From Thalia democratica (taxonomy: Eukaryota), in contig OZ241828.1 in the NCBI GenBank assembly GCA_965202585.1, positions 59,520,001-59,584,000 of the forward strand: DNA of 64,000 bases, read 5' to 3'. The notes beneath the pieces are model-generated. The model worked only from the letters and a program-made list of their open reading frames with translations, was not told the DNA's origin and did not search any database. How positions within the stretch are numbered: position 1 is the first letter of the stretch; each line of letters begins with the position of its first letter. This document shows positions 1 to 12,508 of this stretch, in pieces. The position numbers were made by a program, and so were the translations under genes.

Positions 1-731
1 AAGCTTAATTTAAAACAAATTTTGAAAACCTTAATAGTACCAAAGTTTTATCACAGCAAACATTAACAGTAACTATCATAAAATACAAAAACATCAAGTG
101 ATTCTTTAGGTTTTTCTTGATTTTATCGAGCTTCTTAAAAATACAATTTTTTTTGATTAATATTAAACTTTTAGTAAAAAACTTATTTTGTAGTACAACT
201 TTATTAAAAATATATACTACATTGTAATGCTACTTTGAGTTTATAGAAAGAATTTAAAAAAATTAAGATATATAACGCTTTTATTAAATAATGCATATAA
301 TAGGTAGTTGTGGTGTAAAAAAAGTTTTAATATTTTTATATAAAAGTAGTTAAGGTTTTTAAAGTATAAAATTCAAGCTATTCTAGGTTTTTCAACTAAT
401 TTTCAATTTCAAAGTTTTTCCAACTATTTTACATAAAATAGCCACTTTGAAATAATGGCTAGAAAAAAAGTCAACACTTTAAACAAGTTTTGCTGCCTTC
501 TAAGTTTTCAAAATGTGAATTATGTAGAGTTTCTCAAAACAGGTTATAAGCTGCAATGAAGCCAAAGGGGGGACGTGCCTAGTAAATTGGGGATAGAGGC
601 CATAAGTTTAAAACTTACACACTAGATTTTCTGGAGTTGATGATGAAAAGCAAAATATGTTTTATGCGTATTTTATGTTAGTTTTAAAATTTATATTAGA
701 TATTAGGAAAATTTTATTACTAAAACTGGGC

Positions 732-958
732 CAGGTAATCCCAAAGTGGACATTTTTAGAAAGTTAGGAGGTCATTAGCTGAAAAGGGGGAGAGGAATAG
801 GGCCTTAATTTGAAACTTACACTAGATATTCTGTAATTAATGATTAAGAGCAAAAAGAAAAACATCATAGGTGTTTTAAAGGGTAGTTATTATTTCAGAG
901 GGCTATTGTATTTTAAATATCTTAAAAGGAGGATTTTTGAAGAACTTTGGAAACCCTG
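732..958. mobile_element. hAT-type MITE (degenerate copy of the family at 18689 and 54236)
   Basis: Ends CAGGTAATCCCAAAGTGG ... ACTTTGGAAACCCTG. Internal GAAACTTACACTAGATATTCTG segment is shared with 18689-18955 (reverse) and 54236-54471. No intact TSD. A partial copy lies at ~560-660. Confidence 0.55.
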
Positions 959-3900
959 CTGTAGAGTAATAAGTTTAGAACTGAGCTCGGTATGCTTCTA
1001 ACAGTGATCCTTGAAAAGTATTTAAAGCATTAATTTTTAAACATTAGCATATAAAATTTACAGAAAGTAGAAATTTTTAATATGATTTATATAACAGACA
1101 TATCTCTTTAGTATCTGCAGTAGCTTTCTAGGAATTTTAAGTGGTAGATAAAAATTAATGTTTATATGTTTGTGTTTTTCAACTAAAACCCAAATATATT
1201 TGTTCTTGTTTAAATAATTAAGTTGTTTAAAAATTAAATACATGAAGTTGGTTCATTAAACATTCATTTTCTTTTAAAGATTTTTGACTTGTTTGGTCAT
1301 TAAAGTCATTGAGTGATAAACTTACAAAATTTGATAGTTTACTTACATTTTCAATACAGTTTGTAAATTTATTTGTGAACAAATTAATTGCAAGGTGATA
1401 ACTTATGTTTGTTGACACTTTTCAAATAAAACACTAGAAGGTTATGGTAATTATATGAGTAGTGGTAGCAACATAATGTTACAGAAATAGTATATAAAAA
1501 TAATACAAGTTTCTAATTGAATTTTTTTAATCAGAAACTAAAATAGAAAATTAAGGTATTAATTTCTAAATATTTATTATACCCTTAATTACAAGTTTCA
1601 TTTTGTTCAAACAATAAAATTTTACAATTCATTCATAATTTTTAAATTTTTGGTTTAGTTTGAACCAGTTAGTTTTAATAAGTTACCAATATAATAAATT
1701 TAAAACTAAATGGAATTGTGACTTCTAAAATTCAGCTGATCTAAGTTTTTTATGGTAAGATTGTTTACACAATATATTTCTATGCTTTAAAAGTAAACCT
1801 AAACAGGTTATTACCCAGCTTTAGTTAATTACTTAAACTAAGTAATAACTTATAATATCCAGAGATTAAATAGTTTAGTCAGTGTATTATGTTTTAAACC
1901 ATGCTGTTTTACTTAGGTTTGTAATTTTTATTGACCTAAATTCTTCATTTATAATTATTTGCATACTTTTTTAATGACAAAATTGACATAAACAACTTTA
2001 GAAATTAATTTTCTAAAAAACATTTAAAGCGAATTTTATTTGTAGCGGTATTTTTTTGACATACTCCTTTTGTCTAATTTATCAAAAAGCTATATAATAA
2101 AGATTTTTTTAAAGTGATTCATTAAAATACTTTATGAAAAAACTTTGCATCGCAGCTTAAATAAAAGTTGTGAATAAATATTTTTTTGCAAACATGTTTT
2201 ATGAAAATGAAAAGCTATGTATAAGTTTTTTAAATTTATACATATAATTTTTTACCAGTGACTTTTTAAAACAGATGAGCTACGAATTATATTAAATTAT
2301 AAAATTTATTTAACAATGTATACACAAACCGTTCGATAATATGTTTAACTTAATAGTGATGACTGTTTTGAGTCACTTATAAAATTCTAAAATAGTTTCT
2401 TTTTTTCTAATTACTTTCTAAATATTGCTTTAATAAATACTTCCAAATATTTTTTTTTTTTTTTTACAAACTATCAGCCAAACTACTGATAAAATTTAAC
2501 GTATAGATACCTCTTTTTCTATTTTTACTTTCCATAAAGTATTTGATAAAACCGTAGTTGATTGTCATGTTTGCTGTTATAATTGTTTTTATATGTCAAG
2601 TAAAACATAGTTGTTGCGGTCTAAAAACGCTTTTCTCCTATACTTTTTCAAAATTTTATGCTATAGCTTTATTTACATTTGCATGTTATTAGATAGTTTT
2701 TAAGTTGATTATGTTTTTTTTTTGGTAAACTTTATTTTTTTATCTTTTTATTAAGTGTAATAAAAAATTCAAGTTTTACTAAATAATAAAGTTATTAGAA
2801 ACTTTTTGTTTAACTTTGCATTAAAATTAATCGTAAATAAATTGAAAAATTTAATGTTATTATTTTTTATCATTAACAACTATAAATTTTGTCTTCGAGT
2901 AAGTAAGCATGATAAAAAGTAATAATAAAAGTAATTATTAGATTTTTTTTTAAACGTAAGGAAGAAAAATAAAATAAAACTCGAATTTTTTTAACAAATT
3001 ATTTAAAATCATTTTAAGTGGGCTCTGTGAAAAGTGATTCTGTTGTTTTAATCAACTATTTAAATATATATGTATTTATATATGTGATAGTTTATAGTGA
3101 GTTTTAATTTATAAAATATTAACAACGAAGTACATACAAATAAATATATAGTTACGGAATCTATCAGTATTTTAATTTAAAAAATTTAACTAAAAGGTTT
3201 GTAGTTATAAGCTATGTATTTAATTTAAAAGTTGTTTGTTTTCTAAAGCTTTAACATTTCTTTAATTATTAAATAGTTGTGTAATATAACTAAAAACTTT
3301 TAATTTGATAAAACTTAAATAAAGTACGTTTAATTTATAAAATTAAAAAACATAAGTACAAAGTATTTTTTTTTGAGCTCAAGTTTTCTTCAATCAAAAA
3401 GTTATCCAAGTAATTTAATCAAAAACAATATGTCTATAATCTAATGTTTTTTAATTTTTGTTCTTAAGTATCTAAAGTTGTTGTTTTAAACCTGAAAACC
3501 CATTTTTTTTATTACAAAATCTTCAGTTTCTATTTTTTGAAACTATTAAATATTTAGCCGGTCAAAGCTGTAAAAACTGAGATCTGTCTCAAGAGTACTT
3601 CAAACATTGTTAAGCTTTTTTTGAAAAAAGAAACATTTAGTATAAACTATGACATCAGTAAAACATACAACTTTTAGATTAAATCTGAAGTAAGGTGTTT
3701 AAATTTACAAGTTTATAGTTTTATAAATTAAAAACATACTCTTTGATTTCTGTCAATAGCTTTTATTTATTTAAGTTAATAGTTTTAATTAGTTTAATTT
3801 ATATGAAAAATACTATATTATATATTAATTTTCAGTAAAACAACAGATGGAGAGTTTATAAAAATTTTATTCCGAAAATCACAAGTTAAAGTTTTATTAT

Positions 3901-6900
3901 TTATTAAATCTTAAATAAATAAGTTATCCATAATCTTTTAATAAGTCTAGCAACTACTTTTGTTAGCTTACAAAATATAATTTAAACAAGTGTACATATA
4001 AATCAAACAACTAGTTTATTTGTATTTAAGTTGTTTTTTTTTTGTTTATAAAATTTTAGCTACAAAAACAATCCATAATATTTATACAAGGCCTAGACAC
4101 GGTTTTATTTTTCATTTAGTTGCAGCAACTTAATTGCAGCAACATCTCAATACTACCCATAATTTAAATGACATCACATCAAATTATGGGCAGATTTCAT
4201 TGCAGCAATTCTACCCATAAAAAGTCCTACTGTGACTCAATACTTCACACATTATTATATTATAATTTAACATTATGACGTGACATTTTATATTATAACG
4301 TGACATAAGTTAATCGCGATTGACCAGACCAAAGAGGGCGAAAGTTGTTAAGAGGAACTGGAAGAAATTAGTTTTGCTAACTAGAGGGTTATATGAAATA
4401 AATAAAGAAATTGTGGAGTTAAGACGCAAAACAGGTAAAATTTTTGATAATCTTTTATTTTTAATTCTAACAATTAATTATATTTTGTATAATTGATTTG
4501 GCTACATGGATTTCAGAATTGTTTAATAAGGCTAAATAAGTTAAAAAATTAATATATTCATTAATTTTTATTTGGTAACTAATAGTAAACCATATTATTA
4601 AATTGGCTAAATGGAGTTCTATAATGTAGCTGAAAAGTTTATTAAAAGTATAAAAACAGTTATAACCAGTATAGAAAATCAAAAAACTTCATGACCGAAA
4701 TATTTTGTTTTTGACTATTTTTGAAATAAAAATTAATTTTTTATAAATATATGTAATACATTATCAAAGTGTTTTAATGGATATTTCTTGAAAAGGTGTA
4801 TACTTATCTTAGGAACATGAACAATAAATCGTATCTAAAAACGCAGGAGGAGATAGATTTTAGTAACTTTAATTTTTACCTTTCTTAGTTTTCTTCCCCA
4901 TAAACGAACTATCGTACTCTCTGATTTCAACCAGTTTATCTACAAAAACTGTTTTGAATTGTAAAAATGTGTAAAGATAAACTTTTGGCTTGATCAAGTT
5001 TAAAACTCTACAAAGTAAGACCAAAGTGTATTAAAAGTGATTCACCTCTCCCCGCCATGGCCTCATTGCAAACAACATGATTTTAGAAGAATGATCGTTG
5101 TTCTTGGTTTCGAAAAAACTCGGATAGGTGTCAAAATTACCGAATAATAAAAACCTAGCACGGTTTTAAACTTCTTTTACTATCACTGTTACCCCTAATC
5201 CTTACCTTGGTTGGTAACTTTTGTTATTTTTTTTTTCTCTCGTGCAAAAGTGTCTTGTAGAAAAACTGACCCGTCTCGATAAAGTTTGATATGGCTTACA
5301 GTAAAAGGTGTTAAAAAAATTCACTTTATTTTACCATTAAAAGTTCCTAAAAAAATCTTAATTCCAATACCTATCAAAATTATTTATATGAAACTGAAGT
5401 AAATCATCAAAAAAAAGTGTCTTCTGTTTCTGTTCAATATATGGCAAAATATACTTCCAAATTCTTATTTAGGTTGATGTACTTTTTATTTACTAATATT
5501 TTAACTTGAAGCATGATAGTTTGTTTAAAGAAGTTTTCAAAACAAAATTAATATAAGTTATCCAGAAAAATAGTTCTTTTATTTCAAGTAGTTATTTTGC
5601 TGTAGTTTAAAATTCATCTCTTTTTAAATAACCATATTAATTAAAATTGTCATGTTTTCAAATTTTTTATAATCTTCACATTTAATTCAGGCCTAAACAC
5701 ATATTACTTATTGTTTGCATACAAAATAAAAAATATATTTAAAATAAGTAAAGTCAAGTTATGATTTTTGGTGTTTTTAACATTAAGCTTTATTAATTGA
5801 ATTATAAGAAATCACATAAACAACTATAATCATAATGCCAATCTAAAGTTCATGGTTAAAAATTGTAAAGTTAAAATATTTACAAAGAGATCAAAGAAAA
5901 ATATTTAGTTAAGGCAAATAACTATACAAAGAGATTACAAAAACTAATAATTTAAATTAAATACAATATACAAAATACTGTCAATTTACTTTTTTTTATA
6001 AACACTTTTTTTAACATGAATATCAATTTACAGGAAAACTTAGACATCTGAGCTCACTGATAAAGCAATTATGCAAAATAATTTCGATGTGGCTTCATAA
6101 AAAAAAAACTTTGTTTGTAATTGCTAGATTATTTATTCGCCTCAAAAACAAGTCTTATGCAGAGAAACAAATATTTTTATAAAACTTGATTCAAACTTTG
6201 TTCAATTTTTCAGCACAGCTGCTTTTTTTATTTAATAAAAAGTTAATAAGTTCGGTACTTGAAAGAAATTAATTTCATATATAAATAGTTTACATTTTAT
6301 TATCCAAATTTTTTTAGTTTAGAATCTTTCGAAAATATTATGGTGAACTTTTAATTTTAGCTTTGTTTCGTTATTTCGTTAAAATTATGTCAAATTATTT
6401 TTGTTTATTTTTTTTTTTCAATGTGATGAAATTTTTCCGACTTTTTTCTGCTTAAAATATAAAAACCTGACTCTTTTTAAAAGTCACACAAACCAGTTAT
6501 AGACAAAAAAAATTTCCAAATATTTCTAATTTTTTAAATCTAACACAAATTAATATAAATTTATTTACTAGTATTAATAATAGTTAGATATTCTCTGTGA
6601 TCAGTTTTTTTTTTGTTTTTCTGTGACTTATTCATAAATTTGTTGTCACGAACATACAATGGTATCTTATAAAAACATAAACTGTTCCGTTAATTATTTT
6701 AGATTATAAATAGCTAACATATAATTTAATAATATATGGTTTATTTAATTCTCAAAAAGTTAAGTATACTTTGATTTCTTGTAAAACGAAAGAAATTACT
6801 TTAAGAAGTAAATAAAAGAACAAATAGAGTTTACATCTTACATTGTAAGAGGCAATGGATTTTCAAAAGATTATTGTTTGTTGTTATTAAAAGCAGAAAA

Positions 6901-7218
6901 AATGGATAACATTTAAACTGCAAAATATTGTTTCAAAAATTATAAAATACTTTGACTTGTTGTGATACAAAACAAATTATTAAAGATAGTTATTAACTAA
7001 AGTTATCAACTTGAATTGTAAGAGGCGAACAACTTTGATTATAAAATATTACTGTTTGTAACTGTAAGCAGAAAAAATCTTTAAAATAAAAAATATTAAT
7101 TTAATAAATGTTTGTAGAACTGTTCTTAAATGTAAGCTTTTTTTATTTTAACAATTTCAGAATCATGTTTAGTAAATGATTAATCGTACTTGGAAAAAAA
7201 AGTTTAGATCAAACAGCG

Positions 7219-9615
7219 TTAGTATTCACAAATAAAGGAACGTGACCGATTAAGTTCGTTATAAATAGTGTTTTTGTTTGAGTTATTTAAGAAGTACCAG
7301 TTCAAAGTATCATAACCATCATCGCTGATAGGATACCCTGGATGACAATCGTCCTGCACATCGACCTTGACTCCATCGCCGCTTCTTCTGTATTCGGTCT
7401 TGTTCGTCGCATTTCTTCTAATTCCTGTGTGGCAGCGTTCATACGGCATTCCGATTTCTTTGGAAAGTTGGCTGAAAGATTTTTAAAAATAATTTATATA
7501 AAAAAATAAATATTATATTTCTTGTTAGTTGATGTTAAATTCTAACTTAGCTGGTTAAAATTGTTTAACCATACTTAAATTCTAGTTAGTTTTCTAATAT
7601 TGCTTTTAAAAAAAAGTTAATTCGAGTTTTTTTTACATTAAACAGGATGAGAAAATTAATAACAAATTTATAAAAATAGTAAGACTACTTAACTATTTTA
7701 ACTACATTCACATAACAAAATTTTTGATGTTACTTATACGGTACTTAATACAATAACACGTGGGAAGTACTTTATGTTACAGAAAATTTGTAAATTCTAT
7801 TGATTTTTACAAACCTTAACGTACATCAAAACTTTGAAAGATACAACAGTTCAACTAATTCTAGATTTTAAGCAACTTACGTTCTACCTTGTAGACTATA
7901 TAGTCTTGGGTCGTTTTGTATTAAGTCTCCATTTCTTTGCTGGCAATAACTTCTCGCTTGACCCCACATCATTCTTTGATTGACAACTTCGAACTTTTCT
8001 GATAAATATTTAGCATTTAATTAATAATTTATGCAATTTTAAATTTGTACTATTTAAAACCTAATGACTGACAGACAACTATTTTTAAAGTTCTCTCAAT
8101 TAAACAGTTAGCTTGTAACTTTTTTAGTTTTCCTAATTTGAAAGCAAAAACCATATTTTTAATATAAACAGTTTGCCTGTAACGACAGTTATCTGAAAAA
8201 AACTATATCAATGAACCTTTAGAACATTTTAATCTTAGGTTTGTACTTAACTTTAAGCTTATAAAGTCTTAGATATGTTTTAGTAAGTGTTTTAAAGATG
8301 TTTAACTACATTACACAGTAATAATCTTCTTTATTAAAATTAAGTATTATTTCTCCTTAAAATTATTTTTGCTAGTTTTAATAAATTTCACAGGTAATTT
8401 TTTTTTTACACAAGATTTGAAAAAGGTAAGCAATATTTATTTTTTTTCACTAAACAACCATTGTCTGCTTCAAGTAAATAGTTTTTCTTTACAGTTAGTT
8501 TAATTTAGTCGTGTTGCATAAATTTATTTGTGGTAACTGTTTTACATAAATGTAACTTTTTTTTGAGCCTCTACTCAAAAATTAAGTTCTCGAAAGGTTA
8601 TTTTTAAGTTTTAAGATAAAAAACAAAAAATAAAAGTCTAAACACAGTTTTAAGTTAGTTTCATTGTATTGGTGTTTTGTCCGGCTGGAAGTACTATTTA
8701 ACTTTGTACAAACTTTGAAATATCATAAAAGTTTACTAACTCAAATTCTCTTGGGTTGTTGCTGTTGTAGAAATCTCGGATGTTTGCGCCGCAGTTGTTG
8801 GTGTTTCTACCGCAGTTGTTGGTGTTTCTGCCGCAGTTGTTGGTGTTTCCGCCGCAGTTGTTGGTGTTTGCGCCGCAGTTGTTGGTGTTTCTACCGCAGT
8901 TGTTGGTGTTTCTGCCGCAGTTGTTGGTGTTTCCGCCGCAATTGTTGGTGTTTCCGCCGCAGTTGTTGGTGTTTCCGCCGCAGTTGTTGGTGTTTCCGCC
9001 GCAGTTGTTGGTGTTTCCGCCGCAGTTGTTGGTGTTTCTGCCGCAGTTGTTGGTGTTTCCGCCGCAGTTGTTGGTGTTTCTGCCGCAGTTGTTGGTGTTT
9101 CCGCCGGAGTTGTTGGTGTTTCCGCCGCAGTTGTTGGTGTTTCCGCCGGAATTGTTGGTGTTTCTGCCGCAGTTGTTGGTGTTTCCGCCGCAGTTGTTGG
9201 TGTTTCTGCCGCAGTTGTTGGTGTTTCTGCCGCAGTTGTTGGTGTTTCCGCCGCAGTTTTTGGTGTTTCTGCCGCAGTTGTTGGTGTTTCCGCCGGAGTT
9301 GTTGGTGTTTCCGCCGCAGTTGTTGGTGTTTCCGCCGGAATTGTTGGTGTTTCCGCCGCAGTTGTTGGTGTTTCCGCCGCAGTTGTTGGTGTTTCTGCCG
9401 CAGTTGTTGGTGTTTCTGCCGCAGTTGTTGGTGTTTCCGCCGCAGTTTTTGGTGTTTCTGCCGCAGTTGTTGGTGTTTCCGCCGCAGTTGTTGGTGTTTC
9501 CGCCGCAGTTGTTGGTGTTTCCGCCGCAGTTGTTGGTGTTTCTGCCGCAGTTGTTGGTGTTTCTGCCGCAGTTGTTGGTGTTTCTGCCGCAGTTGTTGGT
9601 GTTTCTGCAGTAACA
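7219..9615 (-). CDS. Mucin-stalk C-type lectin, 5'-incomplete; exons 9615-8741, 7998-7881, 7471-7219
   Basis: The Thr/Ala/Pro/Glu repeat exon (ctaacag| ... |gttagt) splices in phase to KKFEVVNQRMMWGQARSYCQQRNGDLIQNDPRLYSLQGRT, then to QLSKEIGMPYERCHTGIRR...HPGYP...SFICEY*. All junctions are GT-AG and phase-consistent. The W-x-x-A-x-x-x-C and FICE motifs of CTL domains are present. Confidence 0.85.
8780..9610 (-). repeat. Coding minisatellite, 21-nt unit (GCCGCAGTTGTTGGTGTTTC[T/C]) x about 39-40, encoding PTTAAET
   Basis: Directly visible tandem array. Only substitutions and no indels, so the frame is preserved. Confidence 0.95.
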
Positions 9616-12508
9616 CTGTTAGTTGACTTGTGTGCACTTCGGCCCGCAGACAGAATATGGCCCTCCAAGCCAAAATTTACAGACCACGAGGTTAAAACGT
9701 ACCTTTTTAAACAATAATAAAAAAAACAGTATTTTTTTAAAATAGTAATAGGCACTTAATTTTATAAATACTCATTACCAGTAGTCTGTTTTTTTTTTAT
9801 TTATCAAACTTTCGATTTAAAAAGTATTTTAGTGTTGATTATTGTTTCTCACTAACTGCGGCTTGTGGATAAACTGTTTTAAATAGTACTTTATCACTAA
9901 AAATGTTTTCATTTCTATTAGAAATTATTCATAAAAGGTTATTACAAGCTTTAAATTTCTTTTTAAGTTATTTAAAATCAGTTTTTTCACAAGTAAGATG
10001 TAGAATTTTGCAACTAACTGCCACAAATTGTTAAACATTTACTTTGTGTGTCTCAATATGATTTTTTTCTTAGTATACTAGAATATAGCCAAGAAAGTAT
10101 AAAATAAGCACAAATGATTACTCTTAATTACTAATATATCTTTATTGTAAGTTTTATCCTTTTTTTTAACACTTTATTAATTATTATAAAAGTTTGTGGG
10201 CAAAAAAAAAAATCTTGACAGATCGTATTAATGACCTCAAGCAAAACTTATCTTAATCTCAGCTTTAATAATACTCTTATTATAAATCACAATAAAATTT
10301 AATCAACGATTTAAATCTCGCAGACTTATATCAAAAATAAGTTATAATAAAAGCTGTTTAATAGCTGAGCTAAGGATAAGTTTTGCTTGAGGTCAAAAAC
10401 ACGATCTGTATAGAAATTTACTTGTCTTAAAATTGGTGGAAACAAAAACATCAATTATATTTTTACAATTTTTACAGCTCTCACAAACTTTGAATAGCAA
10501 AACCTTACAAACTCTAACTTTTTGTCAAACTCTAACTATTGAGGAAGGCTTACAGCCTAAAGGAAAGCGATTAGTAGTACATAAGCTTAAATGGAGAAGA
10601 CTAAATGTAAAACACACTCATCAGTTAGTTTTTGCAAGTATGTTAATGAACAAACATGTTTTTTAAAAACTGTTTTATTTTTGACAGGTAGTATGAAGAA
10701 GTTGTCAAGTTTTTCGGGCATTGTTTAGTTAGATTTAGGTATTCAGGGTTTTTGTTGTTTAACATAAAATAGATTTAAAAAAGTGTCTGTTCCTGAAAAA
10801 AAGATGTCAGCATGAAATTTGAAGACAAAAATTCTCCTTGCACATTTCTGTTTTTATGCATAATGTTCCAAAAACCTAAATGTAAAATAGTAGCATAAAA
10901 GCTAAGATATTACTTAAAATCATGAGGTAATTTATTTAACTTGGTCATAGTATTAACTAAGTATTATAAAACAATATTTTATTTTACAACATTGTCAACA
11001 CAGTAATAGTGACAGTAAATATTTTTCTAGGTTTAAAAAATTTAAGTTATAAAAAAACAAGTATCTAATTTAACAAAAGATATAGTATTACTAATATATA
11101 TTTTTCAGAAAATAAAATAGGTCAAGAAAATTATTTGGTTTTAAGTTGTTTTTAAGCAATGCTTTTTTTATAAAAATGTATCAAACTTAGCTGTTTTAAA
11201 GGAAAAATGGGTTATGGTAAAAATTTTCGCCACTAGTATTAGAAAACTGAAGAGAGAAAATTGAAACGGCTTAATTCTTTAAGCTCTTTATTATAAGAAC
11301 CTTTTAATCTCTTACTATAATAAGAAGGAGTAACTCCTACTTACCGCTTGTGTTAGAACAGAGTTTATAATTTAAAATTAGTTTGAAAATAATTTTTAGT
11401 TTATAAAAAGACTTGCAGGTATAATTTAGAAACTCACAATTTTTTTGGTTGCGTGTTAAACATATACAATTAAATTTCATAAAAAAAGTTATTTGATACT
11501 TCAAACAAGTCTAAACATAAAATAAAAGAAAATAATTTAAATTTATATACAAGTTTAACAGAATTTTAAATATTTTTTTGTAGAATACTGTACAAAAAAT
11601 AGACGAAAACGAAACAGTTAAATAGTGCTAGTTGAATTCAATGTTTTTAATTAAACAACAAGTACAACTTTTTCTAGTTAGTATGTAAAATAAATTAACA
11701 AGTTTAAATTTAAACTAAAAATTAAACGCTGATATTTTAGTTTTTTCAAAATGTATCTTTCCTTGCCAATTTTTTCAGTGTTCATTTATTTTTTTATTTT
11801 ATTTTTTTATTTTTAAAGAGGAATATAACTAGGGACATATTTATTTTTTTGTGATTAAAATAACAAAAAAACATTGAATTTATTTAGGCTATATTTTTTG
11901 CGTACTTTAATAAAAGTTATTTCAGTAGAAAAAGTAGTTATTTTAGTTTAAGTTTTGAACAAGTTTTGTTTGAGATAAGTATTTATAAAAACATTTTTAT
12001 TAAAGCCAAGGATTTTAAGTATCATTTAGATTTAGGGTTTTGATTAATAGTTTGAACTTTCATTATTATAAGTAAAACTTTTCGGAATTATCGTAGTATT
12101 TGGTAGTATATATTATACATATATAAATCTACATGCCTTGTGAAAATTTTGCAAAGTTTTCAAAAATATGCATAAAAAGTTACTTTTTTGTTTATTATTT
12201 TGTCTAAATGTTAATAAATCTAAAACCAAAAATATACTTTTTTTTACTCCATCAATAGGAAAATTACTACGAGTTTGAAACTAAAATATACACCAAGCTG
12301 TTCTAAAAACAACATAACTCAAAATAAATTTCATTAATTTCAATTAAGATTTCAATAGTTGATTTTTTCGAATGGTCATGTTAAAATAATTATAAAGATA
12401 GTACTACTAAAAAATTTTAAACAACAAAGTTTTGTCTCATATTTCAAATATTTTAGTTTCTATTTATCTTTTTACTCTAAAGTTTTTTTTTTTTATTTGT
12501 TGAGGAAG

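Noticed and set aside
1058-6500. Short AT-rich ORFs (1058-1243, 1227-1418, 4467-4682) and similar 60-95-aa ORFs elsewhere in the track
   Set aside because: Their F/L/I/K/N-rich composition is typical of random AT-rich non-coding DNA, with no motifs or splice support.
8664-9673. Long alternative-frame ORFs over the VNTR (RRSCWCF, PQLLVF and RQKHQQL repeats)
   Set aside because: These are by-products of a stop-free 21-nt unit. Only the PTTAAET frame has splice sites joining in phase to a recognisable domain.
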